Positions 27,589-36,762 of a DNA stretch of 64,000 nucleotides are shown here, piece after piece. How positions within the stretch are numbered: position 1 is the first letter of the stretch; the number at the start of each line of letters is the position of its first letter. The stretch comes from an uncultured virus (IMG/VR IMGVR_UViG_3300003937_000027) (Duplodnaviria > Heunggongvirae > Uroviricota > Caudoviricetes), in the IMG/VR virus record IMGVR_UViG_3300003937_000027, one strand, 5' to 3'. The notes under the pieces are model-generated. The model was not told where the DNA came from, ran no database searches, and saw nothing but the letters and a program-made list of their open reading frames with translations. A program made the position numbers and the translations under genes.

Positions 27589-27657
27589 ATTCTACTTGAC
27601 AGATTGTCGCACCCTATAACCCTTTGATTTTACACAATTATTTACTCCATTTTTTGC

Positions 27658-27686
27658 TTGATTTATAGTGCAATATCTGATATATT
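27658..27686 (+). promoter_or_regulatory. sigma70-type early promoter TTGATT-17-TATATT (extended -10)
   Basis: Preceded by CCATTTTTTGC, identical to the minus-strand promoter near 57971. Confidence 0.6.
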
Positions 27687-27727
27687 AGTACTATGAAATC
27701 AAATAATTATAAGGAGAGATATATATT

Positions 27728-27922
27728 ATGGGTAAAGTAAAACAATGGGCTGAAGATACAGCCGAAAAAGCAGTTGATACTGTCCTTGTTAAATTGACAA
27801 AAGGATTAATCAATAAAGAAGTTGCTAAAACTGAAATTATGAAGTTAGATGTAAATTTAGGTCTAGTAGGTATTGACGAATTTAATATAGATGAAGTTAT
27901 TGATGAGGCCGCTAATGCGTAA
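27728..27922 (+). CDS. hypothetical protein
   Basis: AAGGAG RBS; MGKVKQWA. Confidence 0.6.
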   Translation: MGKVKQWAEDTAEKAVDTVLVKLTKGLINKEVAKTEIMKLDVNLGLVGIDEFNIDEVIDEAANA

Positions 27923-28235
27923 ATCATTTTTAATATTATTTCTAGTATTCATTTATACTTGGTCTTGGGCAATATTTAATGCTGTCAAGGCTGACGACTA
28001 TAACACCGCAGTTATTGGACACGTTATATCTGAAAAAATTAAAGGCACAAATATTGATACGTCATATATAATGGAGCAAGAGATAGAAAAACTTGTACAT
28101 AAGTTTGCTATTGATTCAGTATATATTTTGCAGGCATACCTTCCACAAATATTAGAAGGTGTTGCGAGTGATTTAAGATTAAAACTTGACGAAAAATACA
28201 AAAAGGAAATTTTAAATGGCGAAAACAGTAACTAA
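27891..28235 (+). CDS. exported hypothetical protein (start probably 27915)
   Basis: Signal peptide. Confidence 0.55.
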   Translation: MKLLMRPLMRKSFLILFLVFIYTWSWAIFNAVKADDYNTAVIGHVISEKIKGTNIDTSYIMEQEIEKLVHKFAIDSVYILQAYLPQILEGVASDLRLKLDEKYKKEILNGENSN

Positions 28236-28644
28236 AAAAACTAGAAAAAAGAAGGCAATTAAGTTAAAGAAAAAACTTAAAAGAGAATTTTCTTTAAAAA
28301 GAAAATATAAGACCACCTACAAAGATATTAGGATTTGGTTTAAACAATTTAATGACACCGTATTTGAAGGTAAACTATCTCCATTCGGACAGGTAGAAAT
28401 AAAAGATTTAGCAAGAGAAAAATGTATAGGACAAGTAGTGACCTTGGAATGGAAAAGAAAAGGAACAAGACTTTTTAGATTAGAGATGTTACCTGACTAT
28501 CCTGAAAAGAAGGATTTTTTAGATACTTTAGTACACGAAATGGTACATTTATATCAAATGCAAAATTTAGGAGATACAGGAAACCATAACGATTTGTTTT
28601 GGTCGTTTGAACCAAAAGTAAACTACGTAGGTTTACGACTATAA
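28216..28644 (+). CDS. SprT-like zinc metalloprotease
   Basis: FN..VF.GKL, TLVHEMVHLYQ, H...F. Confidence 0.8.
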   Translation: MAKTVTKKTRKKKAIKLKKKLKREFSLKRKYKTTYKDIRIWFKQFNDTVFEGKLSPFGQVEIKDLAREKCIGQVVTLEWKRKGTRLFRLEMLPDYPEKKDFLDTLVHEMVHLYQMQNLGDTGNHNDLFWSFEPKVNYVGLRL

Positions 28645-28661
28645 CAAAAGAAGTTTATATT

Positions 28662-28943
28662 ATGAAAAATAAAGATGAAAAAAACCACATTGACGAATGG
28701 TTAAAAATACAAATTAAAAAAGGTATTGAAATCATTGATAATGTTTTAAGAAACAATAATAATAAGTGGGAATTATATTATACAGGTCATTTACAAAAAG
28801 ACATTTTCAATAATTTTCCAGGCAGAACTAGTAAAAAGATATTCAAAGGCTATAGAGCACATTTGGATAATAATAAACTTTTGTTTGTTCAAAAGAAGTT
28901 TGAACATAACGGATATGAATATTATGTAAAGAGAGGTATATAA
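28662..28943 (+). CDS. hypothetical protein
   Basis: YYTGHL...FVQKK...YEY motif. Confidence 0.55.
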   Translation: MKNKDEKNHIDEWLKIQIKKGIEIIDNVLRNNNNKWELYYTGHLQKDIFNNFPGRTSKKIFKGYRAHLDNNKLLFVQKKFEHNGYEYYVKRGI

Positions 28944-29227
28944 TGAAAAAACTTGATAAAAAATCTAAAGACATATTGAAACTATTGGTTAAAGGTAAAG
29001 GCTTCTATAAGACGCCGATTGTACCTAAAGACCATACGGATGGAAACATTAACTTGCTTGTACCGTTGTACCTTGCAGGTCTTCTTTCCTTTCAAAGACA
29101 ATACGACATCCCCCTTATAGGTCCTTCTAACGAACACCTAGTAAGGTTTAAATGGTATGATGTTATGATAGACAAAAAGAAAACTGTAAAGGATTTAAAA
29201 AAGGTAATTAAAAATGGCCAAATTTAA
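28943..29227 (+). CDS. hypothetical protein
   Basis: Coupled ORF. Confidence 0.55.
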   Translation: MKKLDKKSKDILKLLVKGKGFYKTPIVPKDHTDGNINLLVPLYLAGLLSFQRQYDIPLIGPSNEHLVRFKWYDVMIDKKKTVKDLKKVIKNGQI

Positions 29228-29906
29228 ACTAACAATGAAGTGGCAAAAAGTATTAGATAGAACCTGGTTTTTGACCAAAGTATTTGCTATTCTATGTATT
29301 ATGTGTGGAGTTGCTTTTACGTGGGGTACTTTTTATCCCAATCAAACTGCTGTGAAGAACGTCAATTTAAAACTGGATCAGTTTTATATGCAGAAGATAA
29401 AAGATATGGACCTACGAGAACCTGAATTTACATACAATAACGATATTCAATTTGTACGTGCTATGCACAAATGTATAAATTATATAAATTTTTCATTACC
29501 TAAAACTAAAAGAGTTCCATATGAAATGATTATAGGTCAGGCTGCATTAGAGTCTGGTTGGGGAACTAGTAGATTTGGAACAGAAGGTAATAATTTATTC
29601 GGGATAAGAACTTGGACCAAAGAAGTGCCACACCTTATGCCTTTAGGTATTAAGAAATGGCCTGGTTGGGGTGTTAAAGTATTTGCTAGTAAGTGTGATA
29701 GTGTAAAAGAATATATTAGATTATTAAATGAACATCCTGCTTATAAAGAATTTAGAGAAATCAGAGCAAATATGCTTAAACAAAATAAACAATTAGATAG
29801 TTTGGTCTTAATAAAGACACTTGATAAATTTTCTACAACTGCTGACTATGATAAAAGAGTTACTAGAATGATTATGAAGATAAGAAAACTTGAGGTGAAC
29901 AAATGA
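29214..29906 (+). CDS. glucosaminidase-domain (Bax/FlgJ-like) peptidoglycan hydrolase with N-terminal TM
   Basis: QAALESGWGTSRF..EGNNLFGI, SVKEY..LLN.HPAY..FR. Confidence 0.85.
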   Translation: MAKFKLTMKWQKVLDRTWFLTKVFAILCIMCGVAFTWGTFYPNQTAVKNVNLKLDQFYMQKIKDMDLREPEFTYNNDIQFVRAMHKCINYINFSLPKTKRVPYEMIIGQAALESGWGTSRFGTEGNNLFGIRTWTKEVPHLMPLGIKKWPGWGVKVFASKCDSVKEYIRLLNEHPAYKEFREIRANMLKQNKQLDSLVLIKTLDKFSTTADYDKRVTRMIMKIRKLEVNK

Positions 29907-30346
29907 TGACAATTGCAGATGGAATATTACTATTTTTTATAGGGTGTACATTAACAGTAATTGGATTTGGTATTGCTTTACACATAGGAAGTAAATCACT
30001 TAAACCAAAAGAGAAATTAACAACTGTACAACAATCATTAAAAGATATAAGGGGTAAATAATATGCTTTGGTTAATATTAATATGTATGTTGCTGGGATA
30101 TATTATAGCAACAAGAAATGAAATTATTAGTTATTTAAAAATGAAATGGGATAAATTTAAACAATGCTAGTGTGGGCAGAAAGACAAGGTATGAGTGATA
30201 CAGAAATATTATTTTGGCATAGAGTTGAAAACCTAGAGAAGGCAATTGAGAATGCCCAAAGTATAGATTTTAAAGCGGTATGGACAGATAAGTTAAGAGA
30301 ACTTATGAAGAAACTACCAAAACGATTAATTAACTAGGAGTATATT

Positions 30347-30529
30347 ATGATTGAACTATTAAAATTTATAGAAGAATTAAAAGAAATTAAAGAACAATTA
30401 CATAAAGGTAAATTGTTAGCACAAAAGGAAACGTATGACGTTTTAAAAAGTGTTCAAAATAAAATAGATAAATATGAAAAACAAGTAAGGGACTTTGAGG
30501 ACGAAATGGCTAGTTCCATTGTAATGTAG
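30347..30529 (+). CDS. hypothetical protein, paralog of 21350..21547
   Basis: MIELLKFIEEL; AGGAG RBS. Confidence 0.55.
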   Translation: MIELLKFIEELKEIKEQLHKGKLLAQKETYDVLKSVQNKIDKYEKQVRDFEDEMASSIVM

Positions 30530-30740
30530 TTATGCCAGGTAAATGGGACGGGAAAAGTAGAATACCAACTAAAAAATATAAAGATAATTATAATAGAATC
30601 TTTAATGTCAAAAATACACAAAAGAATATTAAAGTTAAAAAAAATATTAGACAAGAAGGCTTTAAGAGAACCAAGAAGTAGAAAACAAAAAATAGATAGA
30701 ATTAATTGGGAAAGGGTAAGAACAATTTTACACAAACGTT

Positions 30741-31034
30741 ATGAAAGATAAAGTTATAGAAGAATTAAAAAAGGTTTATGATCCAGAAATGCCATCAATT
30801 GATGTGTTTAATCTAGGATTGATATATGACATTGACATTAAGGATAAAGATGTTACTATTACACATACATTAACATCCATGCTTTGTCCTATGGCAGATC
30901 AAATAAGCAAAGACATTAAAGAAGCTGCAGAGCGAGTAGAAGGTGTCGGTACTGTAAAGGTTATACTTACACATACACCACCATTTACTAGAGAAATGTT
31001 AAGTGAAGAAGCAAAATTAATATTAAATTTATGA
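30741..31034 (+). CDS. Fe-S cluster assembly protein, DUF59/SufT family
   Basis: L..VYDPE....V..LGLIY, TLTS..CP.A. Confidence 0.88.
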   Translation: MKDKVIEELKKVYDPEMPSIDVFNLGLIYDIDIKDKDVTITHTLTSMLCPMADQISKDIKEAAERVEGVGTVKVILTHTPPFTREMLSEEAKLILNL

Positions 31035-31357
31035 CACATAAAAAAAGTGAAGTGTTGAGAATATTAGAAGGAACTACAATTACTAATTTTTTTGCCAAGG
31101 TATCAAATTGTTTTATGAAAACAACAGATAAAGATTTTTTAGAACACGCCAAAAAAGAACAAGAAGAATTAGAGTCATCTATGAAATCTTCCAGACACCA
31201 AGAGTATGTTAGAAAAGAAATGGATAAAATTAGAGCAGAAGGTAAAATGAAGGAAGAAAGTGTGTCTGATACACACGCTATTATTAAAGAGGCAGAAAAA
31301 AGAGTAAAAACACCGTCAGAAAAAATGCAAGAGGAGTTGGAACCAATAAGTGAATAG
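31031..31357 (+). CDS. hypothetical protein
   Basis: Coupled ORF. Confidence 0.5.
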   Translation: MTHKKSEVLRILEGTTITNFFAKVSNCFMKTTDKDFLEHAKKEQEELESSMKSSRHQEYVRKEMDKIRAEGKMKEESVSDTHAIIKEAEKRVKTPSEKMQEELEPISE

Positions 31358-31763
31358 TATAATAAAAGAACGAATAGAACAAAAAGGTGCTGATTTAAAA
31401 ATGTTAGAAGGACACGACAGATTGCATTACCTCATAGACATTGCTAAAGATGTAACACCACTTCCTAATGAAGTTAAAATAGAGGAAAATAGAATACGTG
31501 GTTGTGCTAGTAATTTATGGTTAATAGGTGGGTGTAACGAAGATAATACAATGATATATAAAATAGACGCTGAAGCCTTTATAACAAAAGGTACAGCTAA
31601 ACTTGTAACTGATCTTGTACAAGATTGTCCTAAAGATGAAGTTGCTAGTTTAACAATTGATGATTTTCTACCTTTAGGGATTAGAGAGTTATTAACAATG
31701 CAAAGACAGAATGGTCTAGGCAGTTTAATTGAAAGGATAGTATCAATAGCGAGTACTAAATAA
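31350..31763 (+). CDS. sufE: SufE-family sulfur acceptor
   Basis: R..YLID.A, NRIRGCASNLW, DA.AFITKG, LT.QRQNG. Confidence 0.85.
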   Translation: MNSIIKERIEQKGADLKMLEGHDRLHYLIDIAKDVTPLPNEVKIEENRIRGCASNLWLIGGCNEDNTMIYKIDAEAFITKGTAKLVTDLVQDCPKDEVASLTIDDFLPLGIRELLTMQRQNGLGSLIERIVSIASTK

Positions 31764-31767
31764 ACAT

Positions 31768-32154
31768 ATGGATAAGATAATTGAATTTATACAAGATAAT
31801 ATAAACTTTTTAAATAACATACAAAGTTATCATTGGCAGACTAGGTCATATTCTGAACACGAAACTTTAACTGAATACCACGAAAAGTTTAATAGATTAA
31901 ATGATGAGTTTGTGGAAGCATGGCAAGGCAAAACAGGCCAACGAGTTAATTTTAGTGCCGAGTTAAGACCAGGCATAATGAACTATGCTGATAACAGACA
32001 AGTTTCAGGAGATGTACAAAGACAAGCTTTAAGTATAGAAGAATTTTCTAAATTAAAAGAGGTGCAAGGCCAAATAGATTTAGAAAGTGTATTAGAAGAT
32101 ATGCTTTTATGTACCAATCAGTTACTATATCATTTAACCTTAATCTGTAAATAA
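31768..32154 (+). CDS. ferritin/Dps-like protein (DUF5856-like)
   Basis: HWQT.SYSEH..L..Y, D.FVEA.QG, YHLTL. Confidence 0.7.
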   Translation: MDKIIEFIQDNINFLNNIQSYHWQTRSYSEHETLTEYHEKFNRLNDEFVEAWQGKTGQRVNFSAELRPGIMNYADNRQVSGDVQRQALSIEEFSKLKEVQGQIDLESVLEDMLLCTNQLLYHLTLICK

Positions 32155-32468
32155 TGCCAACATACACATTTAAAAATAAGAAGACAGGTAAAGTATTTAC
32201 TGATATGATGAGCATTGCTGATAAGGAAGAATACTTGTCTAAAAATAAACACATTACACAAGAAATAACAAAGCTTAATATTGTTGCTGGGGTTAGTGGT
32301 CAAAGTTATAGAAGCGATTCAGGTTGGAAAGAAACACTATCAAAGGTTGCAGAAGCACACCCATTGAGCCCATTAGCAGGAGAAATGGGTACACGGTCAA
32401 CAAAACAAATCAAAACACAACAAGTTATGAAAAAGCATAAGGCTAGGCAAAGTGCAAAAACTAAATAA
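32154..32468 (+). CDS. FmdB-like protein lacking the zinc cysteines
   Basis: MPTYTF.N..TG N-terminus; DSGWKE.L.K...AHP. Confidence 0.6.
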   Translation: MPTYTFKNKKTGKVFTDMMSIADKEEYLSKNKHITQEITKLNIVAGVSGQSYRSDSGWKETLSKVAEAHPLSPLAGEMGTRSTKQIKTQQVMKKHKARQSAKTK

Positions 32469-32892
32469 TAGAGATATAATACAAAGCGAGCAACTGAAAC
32501 GCAACGGTCGTATACCAGAGTCTAGTAGGTCAATCCGCTTATTGTATAATCTCATAGGGCAGGAGTTATCCTGCTTAAAACACAAGAGAGTCCTGCCCAT
32601 AGCTATGGTTGGTCTATTATTGTCGGGTTGTGGTAGTTTACCAGCGTTTGTTGGTACTAGTGCCAGTACATATGAAACGTACAAAACAATAACATTTACA
32701 AAAACAGGAGCCGATATTGCTTTAGCCGCAAATGATATGCCTACCACCAACGATTATGCCCTATCCAAGATAACAGGCTATGATTGTAAGGTTAGTAGAG
32801 TATTAGATGAAGGCTTAGAAGCAGTATGTCAAAGCATAAAAGTACACGCACCAGACGGCACCACAATTAACAAAAACAAGGAGAAAAAATAA
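32452..32892 (+). CDS. lipoprotein (true start uncertain, probably near 32575-32605)
   Basis: KHKRVLPIAMVGLLLSGC lipobox; the N-terminal 40 codons overlap the candidate RNA. Confidence 0.5.
   Translation: MQKLNNRDIIQSEQLKRNGRIPESSRSIRLLYNLIGQELSCLKHKRVLPIAMVGLLLSGCGSLPAFVGTSASTYETYKTITFTKTGADIALAANDMPTTNDYALSKITGYDCKVSRVLDEGLEAVCQSIKVHAPDGTTINKNKEKK
32471..32574 (+). ncRNA. candidate small structured RNA plus downstream hairpin
   Basis: Follows late-promoter-like CTAAATA; ends pair (GAGAT/ATCTC, ATACAA/TTGTAT, AAGCG/CGCTT); then GCAGGA-GTTA-TCCTGC. Confidence 0.45.
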
Positions 32893-33290
32893 TGGCAAAA
32901 GATATTCCAGATTTTATGAGGGAATTTGATACGGATGTAGATTATGGTTTTACTCCTGTATCACAGAAACCAGCTGACGAAACAACACAGCCAGCTATTG
33001 ACCCGAAAGCAATTGATAGCCAAAGTTTAGAATTAGCAAAAGTAAAGGGTGATGTTTCTGATATTAAAAGTATGATGAACGAAGTTATGCAGATTGTAGC
33101 TGAGAAAGATACTGTTAATAAAGAAATACAGGACGCTGATATCGTAGGAAGATTTAAAGAGATTGAAAAGATTGTACTACCATTTTTATACAATCTTTCA
33201 AAATCCAGTGAACCATATATACATTGGCCAAATAGAGGTCCAATTATTAAGGCACAAATGGATAAATTATTAAAACTAACAAGGGGGTAA
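32892..33290 (+). CDS. conserved T4-like hypothetical protein
   Basis: DYGFT.VS, LPFLYNL.K...YIHWPNR. Confidence 0.7.
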   Translation: MAKDIPDFMREFDTDVDYGFTPVSQKPADETTQPAIDPKAIDSQSLELAKVKGDVSDIKSMMNEVMQIVAEKDTVNKEIQDADIVGRFKEIEKIVLPFLYNLSKSSEPYIHWPNRGPIIKAQMDKLLKLTRG

Positions 33291-33438
33291 TATATGTTAG
33301 AGCAAAAGGCACATCATAAAGAACTTAAAAGAGCAGTCAACGAAATTGAAACAAAAAGATTAAACGACAGGTCTTTTAAATCGTGGTTTGATTTAAGAAC
33401 CCTAAAGAAGATTAAACTACAAGCAAAGGATAAATTAA

Positions 33439-33939
33439 ATGAGATTAAGCAAAAATTTCACGCTTAAAGAGTTAGTAACCAGTCAAACTGCTGAACGTAA
33501 GGGTATTAATAATAACCCTAACGAGGATCAGATTGAAGGATTACAAAGATTATGTGAAAATATTTTACAACCAGTCCGTGACCAATATGCTACACCTGTC
33601 ACAGTATCAAGTGGATTTAGAAGTCCCGATTTATGTGTGGCAATAGGATCATCTATAAACTCACAACACGCAAAAGGCCAAGCCGCTGATTTTGAAATCT
33701 TTGGAGTGTCTAATCAGGAATTAGCACATTACATAGATAAAAATTTAGACTATGATCAGCTTATCTTGGAGTATTGGAAACCAGAAGAACCTAGTAGTGG
33801 TTGGATTCATTGCTCTTTTAAAAATAAAGAAGATAATAGAAAGCAATTTTTAAGAGCATATAGAGATCATAATGGCAAAACGAAGTATGAGGAATACTCA
33901 TATAGGGTTCACGCAAAACCTAAGCCAGCTAGTGAGTGA
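33439..33939 (+). CDS. peptidase M15 (D-Ala-D-Ala carboxypeptidase-like), probable endolysin
   Basis: LSKNFTL.E, SSGFRS, SQHAKGQAADF, WIHCS. Confidence 0.9.
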   Translation: MRLSKNFTLKELVTSQTAERKGINNNPNEDQIEGLQRLCENILQPVRDQYATPVTVSSGFRSPDLCVAIGSSINSQHAKGQAADFEIFGVSNQELAHYIDKNLDYDQLILEYWKPEEPSSGWIHCSFKNKEDNRKQFLRAYRDHNGKTKYEEYSYRVHAKPKPASE

Positions 33940-33991
33940 ACGGCAGAAGAAATTAATAATTTATACACCGAGAAGGGTGTATAATGACAGC

Positions 33992-34020
33992 TTGACACGC
34001 TTGAAATAGTGTGATATAAT
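33992..34020 (+). promoter_or_regulatory. sigma70 promoter TTGACA-17-TATAAT (extended -10)
   Basis: Exact consensus. Confidence 0.8.
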
Positions 34021-34048
34021 TGTTATATAAAATTAAGGAAGGTATATT

Positions 34049-34759
34049 ATGGCTTTTAATTATATAAAACTGAATGAAGATGTATTGCCTAAATCTTTAG
34101 GTGTGAAAGGTAAGAACCGAGATGGTGTAAGATATTATACTATTGACGGTGTTAATATGCCTTCCGTTACCTCAATATTAGGACAATTACCCGAAAAGAA
34201 AAAAATATTAGACGCATGGAGAACAGCTGTTGGTGAGAAGATGGCTAAATATATTTCTGTGACGGCTACAACAAGGGGTAAAACTACCCACACTCTCATA
34301 GAAAACCATTTAAGAAACGAAGATAAAAAATCTAACGGCATAACTGCTGTGACACCATTAGGTCTTTTTAGAATTATGAGACCTTATCTTGCTAGACTAG
34401 ATAACATACATTGTTTAGAAGAATACCTATATTCAAAAGAAATAGGTGTAGCAGGTCAGGTAGATTGTATTGCAGAATATAAAGGTAAGTTATCTGTAGT
34501 TGATTTTAAAACTTCTACAAAGAGAAGGGACGCAGATTACAATTACGGTAACTTCTTACAGACTTCAGCATATGCTAAAATGTTTGAAGAATTATTTCCC
34601 GATAAGAAAATAGAACAAACTGTTATTTTAGCTGCTTGTGAAGACGGATTTGTACAAGAGTGGATACACGGAGTAGATAAGGTAAAAGAACACCAAGAGT
34701 TGTTTTATAAACACGCAAAAGATTTTTTAGATAGTCATTCCTTCAATTCTACCTATTGA
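34049..34759 (+). CDS. PD-(D/E)XK exonuclease (T4-like phage exonuclease)
   Basis: PSVTSIL, RG...H, AGQVDCIAEY.G.LSVVDFKTS, Q..AYA. Confidence 0.85.
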   Translation: MAFNYIKLNEDVLPKSLGVKGKNRDGVRYYTIDGVNMPSVTSILGQLPEKKKILDAWRTAVGEKMAKYISVTATTRGKTTHTLIENHLRNEDKKSNGITAVTPLGLFRIMRPYLARLDNIHCLEEYLYSKEIGVAGQVDCIAEYKGKLSVVDFKTSTKRRDADYNYGNFLQTSAYAKMFEELFPDKKIEQTVILAACEDGFVQEWIHGVDKVKEHQELFYKHAKDFLDSHSFNSTY

Positions 34760-34839
34760 TTTAGCACACATCTTTAATAAATAGTTTAATAAAGATTAAA
34801 CCAAAAGATATTCAAAAATATCAGCAAAGAGGAAACGAA

Positions 34840-35283
34840 ATGAAGAAATTTCTAGCTTCTATATTAATGTCAGTTTTATTAATATTTGTTGTAATGCAAT
34901 TTGCGAATGCTGAAGAACCAAAACTACTTGATGAAGAACCAAAGATAAAGAGAGAATCACCTGAAGTAACGCCATATGAAGAAGGCAGACTTTATTGGAT
35001 GCAAATGCCAGTTGTTTGTGGTACTACTAAAACAGTAAAAGATTATATTGATGAACATAAATTTATATTAGTTTATGTTGGTGTTGGTAAACAAGGTGGT
35101 AAAGATACTGGCGAACCAGTTTACTTGATAAGTGAATATGTAACGCAAGATATGAAACAATCTTTGTCAGTAACAACAACATTGACATTAACAGAATCGT
35201 GTATAATGTTAAGAGGTTTTGATTTACAGTTTAGAAAATCACCTTTAACAAAGGGGACTTCAATATTGGAGCTCCAAACTTGA
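34840..35283 (+). CDS. exported hypothetical protein
   Basis: Signal peptide ending ANA; PVVCG...SCI. Confidence 0.6.
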   Translation: MKKFLASILMSVLLIFVVMQFANAEEPKLLDEEPKIKRESPEVTPYEEGRLYWMQMPVVCGTTKTVKDYIDEHKFILVYVGVGKQGGKDTGEPVYLISEYVTQDMKQSLSVTTTLTLTESCIMLRGFDLQFRKSPLTKGTSILELQT

Positions 35284-35284
35284 A

Positions 35285-35525
35285 ATTTGACGTTGAAGAA
35301 TAGACAATAACTAGTGAGGACGTGGGTGCGATTCCCACCACCTCCACCAATTCAAAACACATTATAGTGTGCTTTAAGGGGGTGAGTAGATTCGACTGCT
35401 ACTAAAACTATTTGGAGTTAAATCGCTGACAGCGTACTGTTAAAACTATAAACGACAATCACATAGATTATCGTATGGCTGCTTAGGCAGTCGGGGTTTG
35501 CCTGTACCTTGCAACAGAAACAGGC
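35285..35525 (+). ncRNA. ssrA: tmRNA, circularly permuted two-piece type
   Basis: T-arm GTGGG-TGCGATT-CCCAC and acceptor 3' strand CACCTCC-A-CCA (ends 35349) lie upstream of the 5' strand GGGGGTG (starts 35378); G3:U70 Ala identity pair; tag frame 35454-35486 reads DNHIDYRMAA*. Confidence 0.88.
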
Positions 35526-35553
35526 TTGACATTTTACGCTAATATGATATAAT
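35526..35553 (+). promoter_or_regulatory. sigma70 promoter TTGACA-16-TATAAT
   Basis: Consensus hexamers. Confidence 0.7.
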
Positions 35554-35577
35554 ATATTAATAAGAGGTAAAAATTAT

Positions 35578-35805
35578 ATGAGTACATTTATGAATGATGA
35601 TGAACAAGACCGAGCAAATGCAGCTACCTATGAAGACGAGGTGACTTCCAGAAGAACGGTTACTATCCCATTAAGAGAATACGACAAATTAAAAGAAGAA
35701 CAACATTTTATCAAAGACAAATCATTGATTGCTGTTATTGATAAGATTGAAGAATTAGTTAGAGCATTAAGAAAGCACATAGTTAGAACTAATGCTAATG
35801 AATAG
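35578..35805 (+). CDS. hypothetical protein
   Basis: TVTIPL.EY..L motif. Confidence 0.6.
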   Translation: MSTFMNDDEQDRANAATYEDEVTSRRTVTIPLREYDKLKEEQHFIKDKSLIAVIDKIEELVRALRKHIVRTNANE

Positions 35806-36013
35806 TAAAAAGTTTGCTCTGATAATAGAAGGTATTGTCAAAGAAAAAAAAATGTCCTATATGGATGCTGTAGTCAAATATTGTGGAGATAATGATATTG
35901 ATACAGCGTCTGTAGGACCTTTAGTCAACAAAGTATTAAAAGAGAAGATAAAAGAAGAGGCAGAAAACCTAAACTTGGTTGAGAAATCAAGTACAGCAAT
36001 CTTACCCCTATGA
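35798..36013 (+). CDS. gp33: late-promoter transcription coactivator
   Basis: F...IE..V.E..MSYMDAV..YC....ID......L....LKEKI..EA..LNL; upstream of gp59. Confidence 0.85.
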   Translation: MNSKKFALIIEGIVKEKKMSYMDAVVKYCGDNDIDTASVGPLVNKVLKEKIKEEAENLNLVEKSSTAILPL

Positions 36014-36612
36014 ATAGTTATGAAGCATATACATTATATTTAGCCATTAAACTTCACTTTACTTCTGATTCTTATGATTTCTACAAACACAATGCTAAAG
36101 TCAATTCATCATTTAATACATTTTTGAAACGCAATGATAGATTCTTTTTTCACAAACTTACAACTAAATACAATAAGGAAGAGATGTTAGATTATTTTGT
36201 ATGTAATTTCTTTCACAATTCAAAGACTTGGATTGGAGATTTAGTTAGAGCAGATGGAGAAACTATTTACAATAAATGGAAAAAGTATAATCAATCATTT
36301 ACGTACAATTTTAGAGGCGATTGTGTACTTCTTTCTAATACTATCAATGATGGTAGTATTCAGTTTGATGATCTGTTTAGTGTTTCTAAAGGTCAGCATC
36401 CAAAATTGCTACGACTATTTCTATCACAAAAAATATCAATCCAAACGTTAATCATACTAGATAAAGTTTTATCCTTTATTAAAAAATGGGATAAGGAGAT
36501 TGCTGAGAATATTATCTGGCCTGAAAAATCATTTAAAGTCAAAAAACTACAACCATTTATAAACTTCAATTTAACAAAGTGTAAATTTATTATGAAAGAG
36601 ATTTTTGTATGA
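36010..36612 (+). CDS. gp59: helicase loader
   Basis: YLAIKLHFT...YDF.K.N.K, F.KR.DR.FF.KL. Confidence 0.9.
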   Translation: MNSYEAYTLYLAIKLHFTSDSYDFYKHNAKVNSSFNTFLKRNDRFFFHKLTTKYNKEEMLDYFVCNFFHNSKTWIGDLVRADGETIYNKWKKYNQSFTYNFRGDCVLLSNTINDGSIQFDDLFSVSKGQHPKLLRLFLSQKISIQTLIILDKVLSFIKKWDKEIAENIIWPEKSFKVKKLQPFINFNLTKCKFIMKEIFV

Positions 36613-36762
36613 GTGAAAAGAAACTTACAGAAAAAGAAGTTAGAAAAGAATATAAAGACCACAGAAAAGATAAAGCATTTGCACAATGTTGGCCTGATAC
36701 AAATCGTGCCTTCTATGAATGGTGCTCAGGTTATTTAAATTATAAACACATAAAAGAAAAAG

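Noticed and set aside
34049..34759. Cas4-like nuclease as evidence of a CRISPR system
   Set aside because: No repeat-spacer array or other cas gene seen; it is the usual T4-like phage exonuclease and lacks the Cas4 Fe-S cysteines
35320..35349. tRNA gene or attP fragment
   Set aside because: No D or anticodon arm upstream; explained as the acceptor piece of the permuted tmRNA; no integrase nearby
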